A program made the position numbers and the translations under genes. Shown here in pieces: positions 9,545-17,990 of a stretch of 64,000 nt of DNA. The stretch is from contig CAVUVW010000014.1 of assembly GCA_963745035.1 (NCBI GenBank), positions 928,001 through 992,000 on the forward strand, given 5' to 3'. The DNA is from an uncultured delta proteobacterium. GTDB lineage: Bacteria > Desulfobacterota > Binatia > UBA9968. Under the pieces are notes generated by a model. That model had not been told where the DNA came from, searched no databases, and worked only from the letters and a program-made list of their open reading frames with translations. Position 1 is the first letter of the stretch. Each line of letters starts with the position of its first letter.

Positions 9545-9628
9545 GTTCCAGGGGCGGGGGCGTTTTCCCAGTGGTGACTGGGTCTGAAACGTCGGAAGGG
9601 GGGCGACCGAAAGGCTCGCCCCTTTTTT
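9545..9628 (+). ncRNA. Candidate ~85-nt small RNA
   Basis: Promoter, hairpin CCCAGT-GGTG-ACTGGG in an extended stem, then GAAA-loop terminator GGGGCGACCGAAAGGCTCGCCCC-T6. Confidence 0.5.
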
Positions 9629-10023
9629 GTTTGACTGAACGTTGACCGGACCCGAGCGATGAGGTTATTTCCGCTTACGTTTCTCTTGCTCGATCATTGA
9701 ATCCCTGATCGCTTTTCCATGGACGACGGCACGTATTGAGTCCGCTTTGGTATCTTTCACGGCCTCACGTAGCGCCGGGATTGCTCAATTAGTTTTCGGC
9801 TCTGTTCCAACAGTTCTAGAAAGGATTGAGGCACGGCAGGACTCCTTCCCCTATTGGTTTGGGTTCGGGCTCCCGGTCCTGCGGCCCCGGTGGGATAAGC
9901 TCAAACGGTTATTGGAATCAGACCCTAGGCTTAGTCACGCGCAAGTGTCAATGAAAAGCCGAAATGTCGGAAACCCGCCAAGTCGAGTCGCGCCGTAGGT
10001 GTTGTAACGTATCGCTTGGGAGG

Positions 10024-10374
10024 TTAGAGCGTATGCGACAAATCCAAGTCGCCAATGTCTTTGATGGAGCGGCCAACGTTTGCCTGCAAGATCTTAAAAA
10101 TTTGTGAGCAGAAGCGGCGGTCATCAAACTGCATCAAGCCCATATATCGAGAGCCGTTATAATGAATGAACAGCAAAATCTTGTTATCCAAGAGTTGACG
10201 GATCATCGTGCGTTCGAGGGTCCCAATTTCGCCGGTCGGCAAGTCGTTAACGTCGAGGCGCGTCGTTGTCCATCTCGGCGGCCAAGTCAGGACACCGCTT
10301 TTGCGGGTCATTCGCGGGTGATCACGAAGCTGCACAGCCCGAATAGACATGGTTTGGCCAGTATCGGAGGCCAT
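10024..10374 (-). CDS. Unknown small-protein family, paralog A
   Basis: LRDHP...WPPRW...YNG...GRSIKDIGDLDL. Confidence 0.75.
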   Translation of the reverse strand: MASDTGQTMSIRAVQLRDHPRMTRKSGVLTWPPRWTTTRLDVNDLPTGEIGTLERTMIRQLLDNKILLFIHYNGSRYMGLMQFDDRRFCSQIFKILQANVGRSIKDIGDLDLSHTL

Positions 10375-10534
10375 AGTAACACGTCAGCAGTGCCGCATCA
10401 GCGAATTATTGCGGCCACTGACTCCAACACTCAGGTCTAGTTAAGGTGGTACTACTAAAGTTGAAGCGCGGGTGCGCTACCTGCTGGTTACTGAAAATAT
10501 TTTCAGTCCATGAAAAACCTTTTATACTTCGGGA

Positions 10535-10963
10535 ATGCGCGTTCTCGATGCTCTCCGTATTCTCGAAGCCGCAACGGTCGAGTGTAAGAAGCGCACGATC
10601 GATACGCCAGAGGTTTGCCAGGCGCTCGATCTGTTAGAACCATACTGCCGCCCGGATTGCATTAAAGGTTTCCGGAAGCACCTAGAGCCTCATGCAGTCG
10701 CCAACACTCTTGAGTGGGGTGCTGCGCTGGAGGGACAACAGCAAAATCTGAGAGTCGAGTTTGCCTGCATTTACCGCTGCGTCCGCGCGCTGCTTATCCG
10801 GCAGATCGGCCGGCTGGGCACTCGCTATATCCGCTCGGGGAAGGACCCGGCGATCATGACGGAGATTGAAAGATTGAAGGCCGAGCTCGTAAAGATGCTG
10901 CCGGAATGGAACTACTTCAGGCGTACGCGCGATCCCACGCTGCCGAAGCGAAGATCATCTTGA
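10535..10963 (+). CDS. Hypothetical protein
   Basis: 142-aa ORF, no recognised motif. Confidence 0.55.
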   Translation: MRVLDALRILEAATVECKKRTIDTPEVCQALDLLEPYCRPDCIKGFRKHLEPHAVANTLEWGAALEGQQQNLRVEFACIYRCVRALLIRQIGRLGTRYIRSGKDPAIMTEIERLKAELVKMLPEWNYFRRTRDPTLPKRRSS

Positions 10964-11280
10964 CTTGCGAGGCGTAGTTTTTTCCGCCTGGAGCTCCACG
11001 GTGATTTCGTCGATAACCTGTTAACAATCGGACCATGATCTTCGCCAGACAATTCAAGCGTCGCAACTCTGCCGCTGGTCCGAGAAACGAGCATGAGCCA
11101 AAGGCCGTCCTCAGATATACACAGTTTCGCGTCACGGTTGGGAGTGGGGACGGATGCCAGCGCCGCATCGACCGATGCGCGAATCTCTTCCGCAGAGAGG
11201 CCGGACACGTCGATCTCTTCAGCAGCTCGCGCTTTTGTGCGTTTATGCCGCTTGAAGTTGACTTTTGTAATCTTTGCCAT
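10912..11280 (-). CDS. Hypothetical basic protein
   Basis: 122-aa ORF with GAGG RBS; 3' end overlaps the convergent gene. Confidence 0.5.
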   Translation of the reverse strand: MAKITKVNFKRHKRTKARAAEEIDVSGLSAEEIRASVDAALASVPTPNRDAKLCISEDGLWLMLVSRTSGRVATLELSGEDHGPIVNRLSTKSPWSSRRKKLRLASQDDLRFGSVGSRVRLK

Positions 11281-11430
11281 TCCTCGCCTCAGCTATGAAG
11301 GGAGCAATCGTGTACCTCAACAAAGAATGAATCTGGGTCATTCCGAATCCGTGCGGCTTTAATGCAGTTTGGGTTTTGACAGTAAATACCCAGGGCCCTG
11401 GGCAACTGTCACTCGTTTAAGTCATCGCAT

Positions 11431-11649
11431 ATGACAAGCCCGGCCGTCTTCGACCGCATCCACGGCAGGAACGCGTTCTCCGACCTGCGGACACTGCTCA
11501 AGAATCCAGAGTTGAGCTATCGAGATATCGGGAAGGAGCTAGGCCTAACAAAGCAGCGGATCGCACAACTTGACCAGCGGCGGCTATCTCACGAAAACAA
11601 ACAAATTCATGAAGCAGCGGAACTTCGAGAGTTTTACCAGGTGGCGTGA
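11431..11649 (+). CDS. Sigma70 region-4-like HTH protein (possibly a fragment)
   Basis: LSYRDIGKELGLTKQRIAQL. Confidence 0.55.
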   Translation: MTSPAVFDRIHGRNAFSDLRTLLKNPELSYRDIGKELGLTKQRIAQLDQRRLSHENKQIHEAAELREFYQVA

Positions 11650-11724
11650 TCTTGAAGCGTCTGTTAAAATCTTTGACCGTCGCTTGGCGGGGAATTTCCC
11701 GTTCACTCCCGCAGATGAGAAAAA

Positions 11725-11892
11725 TTACAGCTTCTTCAGCAAGCGATAGAATCGCGTAATTAGCCAGGCGCACCCCATGGCGATGGCGAGCTTGACCAAA
11801 TGGCTCTCGCCAATCGACATCCTGAAAGAGAACGCCAGCCAGCCGATGGCTAGGATGATGAGAACGAAAGCCGTCCTGCCGCGGGTGCTCAT
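11725..11892 (-). CDS. 55-aa putative two-TM microprotein coupled to the orphan TadE C-terminus
   Basis: Manual translation MSTRGRTAFVLIILAIGWLAFSFRMSIGESHLVKLAIAMGCAWLITRFYRLLKKL; ATGA start/stop overlap. Confidence 0.55.
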   Translation of the reverse strand: MSTRGRTAFVLIILAIGWLAFSFRMSIGESHLVKLAIAMGCAWLITRFYRLLKKL

Positions 11893-11984
11893 GCGGCGGT
11901 GCAAAGGGTGTTGTCGGTGTTGAAGGGCTGAGCCATATAGCGCATTTGCGCGGTGCGCGTGATCGACTGCTTGGACGTAGGGTC
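11889..11984 (-). pseudogene. Orphan TadE C-terminal fragment
   Basis: ITRTAQMRYMAQPFNTDNTLCTAA aligns with the TadE1 end VTRTSRMRYEFQP...TLCTAA; no prepilin N-terminus upstream. Confidence 0.7.
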
Positions 11985-12101
11985 CCTGGTCCCTAGCTTT
12001 GCCTGTGCCGGAAACTTAACCAATTCGTAGGATTTTCGTCGGTTGTTGCGTTCCCCTGCGCCCACGGCCAAGAAATAACTCTACTTCCGGCAGCTCAGCT
12101 T

Positions 12102-12254
12102 TCACCGACGCGCCCATCTGCGCGTGAGCATCATCAGCACGGCGCCGATCGCACACGCCGCCAGCGTATCCACCGGGCCAAAAAAGGGCTTCAGATCCGC
12201 CACCAGGTAAATCAAGCCGCCCGTGACGACAAGGAAGGAAACGCGCTTCAGCAT
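12102..12254 (-). CDS. 50-aa putative two-TM microprotein coupled to TadE2
   Basis: Manual translation MLKRVSFLVVTGGLIYLVADLKPFFGPVDTLAACAIGAVLMMLTRRWARR; ATGCTGA overlap with the TadE2 stop. Confidence 0.55.
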   Translation of the reverse strand: MLKRVSFLVVTGGLIYLVADLKPFFGPVDTLAACAIGAVLMMLTRRWARR

Positions 12255-12706
12255 TGGTGTTCGTAGCGCATCTTGACGGAACGCGTCAGCGGAACCGAAG
12301 GATCGATGTTGACGCCAATGAACCTGAGTATCCTGTAGAAAAACGGGTAATAGGTCTGCGTCACGCTGACCTGGACTTCACGGTCGCATGTGGCCACGGC
12401 GCCGGAATTGACGAGCGCGATTTGCGCACCCCCGGCCATGAGCCCAGATGCCACGCGGTTCGAAATCCGCTGCAGAATGTCCGACCCGCTGGAGCATGGG
12501 TATGTGCAGGAGACATTCGCCGTCGATAGCGTCGGATCAGCGGCGGCAATTCGCGCACCTTCACGGGCGGCGTTCGTGCCGATCTGCGAGGTGTAGAACA
12601 TCATGCCGAAGTCGGCGGGTATCCAGGCGACAATGACCAGCAGGATGAAGCATAGGGTGAACTCTACTAGGGCTTGGCCTTTTTGGTTCTTCATAATGTT
12701 TTTCAT
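12248..12706 (-). CDS. tadE: TadE/TadG-family minor pilin (TadE2)
   Basis: Prepilin motif KG|QALVEF, TM, AAREGARIAA, C-terminal MRYE. Confidence 0.9.
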   Translation of the reverse strand: MKNIMKNQKGQALVEFTLCFILLVIVAWIPADFGMMFYTSQIGTNAAREGARIAAADPTLSTANVSCTYPCSSGSDILQRISNRVASGLMAGGAQIALVNSGAVATCDREVQVSVTQTYYPFFYRILRFIGVNIDPSVPLTRSVKMRYEHQC

Positions 12707-12717
12707 GCTTCCGCTCC

Positions 12718-13173
12718 TCATGCGGCCGTACACAGGGTAGCCGCGCTGCCTCCGTTGCCGTCGGGCTGGAACTCGTATCGCATGCGAGAGGTGCGAGTAA
12801 CGCTTGTGTCGTTGGGTACGGTGAGCCCAAATAGACTTGCCATTTTGTACCAGGCGTAAGTGTAGGTGTACGTCACCGACGCTTCCACGTATTGCATGCA
12901 ACCCGCGGGGCTGGTGCGGCGGATCACTGTGGCCACGGCTGAGCTTCGAACGTAGGCGGGAGTCTCGGCGACGACTTCAGCCTGCAACGCGGTCGCGTCG
13001 AACGCTGCGCCATCTTTGTTGGCTGCTTTCCGCGCCACGTCTCTGACGGCGTTCTGGGCCAACGATGCTGTCCATAGCGCTATTCCGAAATCGACGGGCA
13101 CGTACAGCGCTACGAGCAAGAGCGGCGTGATCAGCGCCATTTCTACGAGCGATTGGCCTTTTTGGTTCTTCAT
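12718..13173 (-). CDS. tadE: TadE/TadG-family minor pilin (TadE1)
   Basis: KG|QSLVEMAL, TM, NAVRDVARKAA, MRYE; GAGGAG RBS. Confidence 0.9.
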   Translation of the reverse strand: MKNQKGQSLVEMALITPLLLVALYVPVDFGIALWTASLAQNAVRDVARKAANKDGAAFDATALQAEVVAETPAYVRSSAVATVIRRTSPAGCMQYVEASVTYTYTYAWYKMASLFGLTVPNDTSVTRTSRMRYEFQPDGNGGSAATLCTAA

Positions 13174-13214
13174 AATATCAGTTTCCACTCCTCGTCCTCT
13201 TTGCAGAGGGGCTT

Positions 13215-13352
13215 TTACTGCCCCTTCATTCTCCCAGTAACCATCGGCGTCAGGACGGCCGCAAGGAGCGCCGCAGCCGTCAAGCTCCACATGTGGTAGG
13301 GCATGATTATCACGAACGCAAATACGCACACGCCCACGAGGCGGTAAGGCAT
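13215..13352 (-). CDS. 45-aa hydrophobic microprotein coupled to the TadG-like gene
   Basis: Manual translation MPYRLVGVCVFAFVIIMPYHMWSLTAAALLAAVLTPMVTGRMKGQ; TGATG overlap. Confidence 0.5.
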   Translation of the reverse strand: MPYRLVGVCVFAFVIIMPYHMWSLTAAALLAAVLTPMVTGRMKGQ

Positions 13353-14397
13353 CAATACCCCTTGATCGGTTCCCGCACGAGACGGTGTTTAAAACAAAGG
13401 CTTGAGGTCGAATTGAGCGATTGCCCGCACTGTACGTCGGCTTGAATATATTTAGGGTTCCCCGTCTTGTCGACGGCCGTTACTCTAATCTTTGCAAAAT
13501 CCACAACTCCGGTCGGGTTGTCGGGAGCGCAATTCCCTCCACCCGACAGCACCGGTATGAAAAACCATTGGTTAACGTTACTAGGCGTCTTCAGAAAAAA
13601 ATCTTCCGCCTCGCCCAAAACAGTATTCACTTGACCCCTGTTCTGGCAGATCTGTGAGCCAATGGTCAGGTCTCCAGTTATCCCCGAGCCCGAACAGGTC
13701 GAAGCGGTAGTAAATCCCGCCTTGATGTCAGGCGCACCGGAAGAACAATCAAAAAATGTCGTCCAGCAAGCGTTCTCATTCGACCATCTTGTTGGTCAGG
13801 GTGCTGCATCTGGATCTTCACGTTCGTTTGCAGAGGGTATTCTGGAGGGGTTCCGACCTTGGTGCCGCATTTCGTTTCCCACAATGCGATCGGAATGGAC
13901 GGTCGTGCTTGGATTGTTGCTACCGCGCTAACGCTGACGGGGTTACTGCTAGAGACCGATGAGCCCATAAGCCTGAGGAGAGGGATTAAGAACGATGGTG
14001 GTTGAAGTGGGTCGTTGTTCGCGGTTTCCATCGCCACCCTGACGCCATTTGCGGCGTCGCGCGTTACGCCATAAGTAATGCTGTTGGACGTATAATCGTA
14101 GCTCACATAGCTGACATTTGTGGGGACGATCGGGTTTTGATTGCTGGTGATGTAATTGTTTTGCGAATTGAACGCTATTGCGCGATTCGTGACCGGCGTA
14201 TCGCTGAATGTTCTTTGGGCCTCGGGTAAACCACTGACCGCCGCCAGAGCCGCGGCGTCAATGGCGGATTGGCCCGTGTTGCGGGTGTACGTCATGAAGC
14301 CTGTGTCCAGACCGAAGCCCACCATGACCATTAGCAAGACGACCATCAGGGTTATAAAGACCAGGACTGAGCCGCGTTCATTTTTTATGCTCTTCAT
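13352..14397 (-). CDS. tadG: TadG-like pilus tip protein (frameshifted near 13790)
   Basis: ERG|SVLVF, TM, GLDTG, QSAIDAAALAAV; GGAGG RBS; C-terminal part is in another frame. Confidence 0.85.
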
Positions 14398-14644
14398 AGA
14401 GGCCTCCACAGGGCAGATATTGTTGTCCAAATTGCGAAATCGTGCAAGAGCCGTAACCTTTGCCATATTGCCAATAAATGACAAACATCATCAAATCTTC
14501 ACGCATCCTGCCTCGCCGGGTTTGTACTCAGAATCCAACATTAGTTTTCATCAGCGCCGAGTGGCCAATTCCCTATCAAACTTGGCGGGACCTTGTTCTC
14601 TCGCAATCCGGCAAAGCTCGATTGCCTCAATTGACCATGGTCTC

Positions 14645-14932
14645 TTAGATGATCAGGTCGCCAAGTTCTCTGAGGGTAATGCCACGGTTCGCGTTGACGG
14701 CAGCGAGGGTTTTCTTCAGGGCAGCGGCCGGCAGGATCAGTAACGCGGTGTCGCGCCCACCATTTCTTTTACGGATTTCCAGCGTGATGTGCACCTTGGC
14801 ACGCGGGGTGATAGTCGCTTTGAGAACGACGTCCTCAATGCTCCAATCCTGGGGTAGCCAAATTTTGCTCTTATCTCTCAGATTTATTCTGGCGTCGATT
14901 CTCCTAGTCGCTCGCATACTGGCAAAGATCAC
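14645..14932 (-). CDS. Unknown small-protein family, paralog C (divergent)
   Basis: LRDK...WLPQDW...ANRGITLRELGDLII. Confidence 0.55.
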   Translation of the reverse strand: MIFASMRATRRIDARINLRDKSKIWLPQDWSIEDVVLKATITPRAKVHITLEIRKRNGGRDTALLILPAAALKKTLAAVNANRGITLRELGDLII

Positions 14933-15569
14933 CGCACGGCGGATACCCCAAGAATCGTTCCCTCGGACAAGCGAGAGTTAGGGCAGCGACTACAGATAAT
15001 CTGCTGTCCCGGCCCGGACATTTAGCTTAGGAGTAAAATCGAGATGCGCGTCCGCAAGCTGTCTAGAGCAAGCAACTCGCCAACGGATGAGGGTGCGACG
15101 ACCCCTACGAGTTCCAAGAGTCTCCGATGATGCGGGGCTTTGCTGCCCGATGAGAAGAATGCTCCGAAAGATACGACAGAGCGATGGCCAAGACGAACGC
15201 GCTAAACCGCCGCGGTTTCAATCACGCCGGTTCAAAGGCCGCCATAGCGATCGTGAACATTCGATGGTTTGTGTTCGCTTGCCGCCATGACGAAATCGCG
15301 CGGGATCTATCCGACAGACGTCGCAGCGGTGATCAGGAAGCTCAAACAGAAAGGTGTCCCGGTACGACCCTATCTTGTGGCGCAACCCTCCTAAAACAAT
15401 CGGCTCCGCAAATCGCAAACAAAGGTAAGAGGCCCTTCGAAGAAGCGGGCATGCTCAATGCGCTGCAGGTCGTGAACGGGGGCTATAATATTTTAAAGGT
15501 GCGCGCGATTCTCAATTACTATCGCAAGCTGTACCGGCAGGAGGGGAGGCACTAAGGGGGTTAGTTATT

Positions 15570-16398
15570 TCACGACGATCCTCCCCGCGCTTTTTTACGC
15601 CCGCCGCGTTCCGCCTTCGGCTGCGGCTTGGCTTTGTCCAGGCTCTGCTTGAGCGCCGCTAGAATATCGATCACCTGTCCCCGCGCCGGCGCCCTTGGCG
15701 GTACCGTGATCTCCCGGCCTTGGGATTTCTCCTCGATCATCTCCAGCACTTGGGCTCGGTAGACATCGCTGTAGTTTTCCGGCTCGAACTCCGGGTTGGA
15801 TAATTTCTCGACCAGTCCGGTGGCCAGCTCGAACTCCTCGGGCGTGAGCCGCGCGCCGTCGCTCTTGGCAATCGCGCCGAAGTCGCGCACCTCGTTGGCG
15901 TAAAACAACTGCTGCATGATCAGACCGCGCTGCGCGGAGCGGATCAGCACCAGCTTTTCCTTGTCGTGGCTCACCATTTCGGCGAGCGCGCCGCGGCCGA
16001 CTTCCGCCATGGCGTCGGCGAGGAGACGATAGGCCTTCTCTCCGCCCGCGGCCGGCGCGAGGTAGTAGCTCCGCTCGAAAAAAACCGGATCGATCTTCTC
16101 CGTGGGGATGAACTCGCGCAGCTCGATGTTGCTGTTGGCCTCGAGATCGCCAAGGGTTCAGTACGTGCGCGTCACCGACGCCGAGCTCGAATCGCTGGAA
16201 GCCGTAGCCACGCACCAGCTCGTCGCGCTCGACGGTCTTGTTACAGACCGGACAGAGGAACTGGTTGCGGACGCGGGCGCCGCAGACAGCGTGCAGCAGA
16301 TGGAAGCGGACGGTCAGATCTTTAACCGCGGAGTGGATTTCGACGGGGATCGCGACCAAACCGAATGAGAGGATACCGCGAGCGATAGGTCTGGCCAT
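15570..16398 (-). pseudogene. ku: Ku NHEJ protein disrupted by a 61-bp internal inversion
   Basis: ARPIARGILSFGLVAIPV, YYLAP, VIDILAALKQSL; segment 16143-16203 encodes Ku residues on the opposite strand. Confidence 0.9.
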
Positions 16399-16495
16399 CC
16401 GTACAGCGTAACATGGCGGGGGCCGGCGCAGAGGCTGTCATTGGCTTACAGGAGGACCTTCTTCTACGGCGCGATATTATTACGCTGGATCACTT

Positions 16496-16945
16496 TCATT
16501 TTTGCCGTGACTTTTGTGATTTTTTTCGTTCGCTTTCAGTCATGTAGGTCCCGTGGCATATCTTTGCACCCGCGAACTTAGGGCTAATGATTCGTGTAAT
16601 AAGGGTGGCCGCATGCTCAGTCTGATCTATTACGTAATAATCGGTCCTCCGCTCATTTGTGAAAACTAGCAGCGGTGGCGTTTCAATTTCAATCTTGTAC
16701 TTATCCGAACTTCGGTTAGGCGCGCCCTTTCCCAAAAAGTCAAATTCGCAGTGGACTGTTTGTGAATGTCGAGTACAGCTTGTCAAGGAACCGTCTGTGT
16801 CTATAGTCTTTAGGCTCTCATCTGCTAACACGAGGTAACTCACGGTCATGATGCATTTGTAAAAGTGGAGATAAAAGTCGGCCGCAAAACCGACCTGCGG
16901 GATGACCAACACCAAGGGAAACCAAAACCAGGTTCCAATCTTCAT
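16496..16945 (-). CDS. Putative exported protein
   Basis: N-terminal signal peptide (VGFA-A), Cys residues; overlaps the upstream gene stop. Confidence 0.6.
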   Translation of the reverse strand: MKIGTWFWFPLVLVIPQVGFAADFYLHFYKCIMTVSYLVLADESLKTIDTDGSLTSCTRHSQTVHCEFDFLGKGAPNRSSDKYKIEIETPPLLVFTNERRTDYYVIDQTEHAATLITRIISPKFAGAKICHGTYMTESERKKSQKSRQK

Positions 16946-17718
16946 AAATGACCTGAGTCCTTTCCGGAGACATTGATAACAAGCTCTTTGCTACTCCAAT
17001 ATGCTCTTGTTCTTGCTCTATGTTTTGCCTTGGCCTTGTGTCGTCGTCTGATTTTCAGCGCGTTTTTATGCCGAGCTAGATACTTTGCGGTCCTCTTTTT
17101 TTGAGAGCATTTCGGCGAACAATATTCCTGACGCTTCACCGCTGCAAAGATCCGTTTGCAGACGAGGCAGGTGCGTAGCCGATCACCTGCCTTTTGCAAT
17201 AAATCTGTAACACTCATAAAAAACCTATCCCGCAGGGCTCTGCTGCGGTAACCTCTGCTGACCCTGCCATTACGGAATCGGAAAAGTGCGACCGACGGTG
17301 CTAGTCTAGAGATCCGCCAGGTGCGCGGAGCATCTCCTTTCATAAGCGTAGACATTCCTCGTTTCAGTTCCCTTTGAAGCTTTTTAAGTGTTCTTTTTGC
17401 AGGCGGATGCTCTAGATCGGCGATCGAGACTAGATCTGAAGCATGAGTCCAAAACGGTGGCATGGAAAAAACGATGACTTGGTCTCCCAAATCACGCCAT
17501 CCAATCGTGAGCCCTGCCCCTCTTGGAGGCAACTCAGAAATATTTACCATCATGAACTCGAGCAACCAGCCCAATGGATTCAGCATTGAGTCCTGGCAAG
17601 CCATTACGTAGCGGTCGCTGAGAACCTCAACCGGAATCTCTTTAGTCGACTTCTTCATTCTCATCTTGGAGCGTGTAACAGTTATCAGCGCAGAACTGCT
17701 CTTTTGCCGTAGCAACAT
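16942..17718 (-). CDS. CGNR-like Zn-finger regulator
   Basis: RLRTCLVCKRIF...QEYCSPKC followed by a basic tail. Confidence 0.7.
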   Translation of the reverse strand: MLLRQKSSSALITVTRSKMRMKKSTKEIPVEVLSDRYVMACQDSMLNPLGWLLEFMMVNISELPPRGAGLTIGWRDLGDQVIVFSMPPFWTHASDLVSIADLEHPPAKRTLKKLQRELKRGMSTLMKGDAPRTWRISRLAPSVALFRFRNGRVSRGYRSRALRDRFFMSVTDLLQKAGDRLRTCLVCKRIFAAVKRQEYCSPKCSQKKRTAKYLARHKNALKIRRRHKAKAKHRARTRAYWSSKELVINVSGKDSGHL

Positions 17719-17990
17719 AAATGTTGATTATAACCGTATACACGACACGCAGACATAAGTAGCTTAATTGGGAAGCATGTTCAACGCTCTTCTCCTATAC
17801 GGGTGGAACACGCTCGGTTAAGCGGTGGAAACGCAAAGCACAAACGGAAGGTCGGGATGAGTAAGCTTGACCAGTTTTGTGAGACGGTGCGATCCGCAGG
17901 ATTTGAACCACCGAAAATAATCGTCGCAGACGGAGAGCTACAGCGGTTTGCCAGTAGCGGTAAACGCGCCGTGCAGATTGGGGGCGCTCC

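Noticed and set aside
11725-14397. Classical shufflon or DGR acting on the Tad genes
   Set aside because: All cassettes are co-oriented; no sfx-like inverted repeats, reverse transcriptase or adenine-variable repeat pair seen
14400-14490. Sigma54 promoter upstream of tadG
   Set aside because: TGGCA and TTGCA elements are present but GG-N10-GC spacing is not met
15000-15560. Coding or RNA feature between paralog C and ku
   Set aside because: Only motif-free overlapping ORFs and no convincing structure
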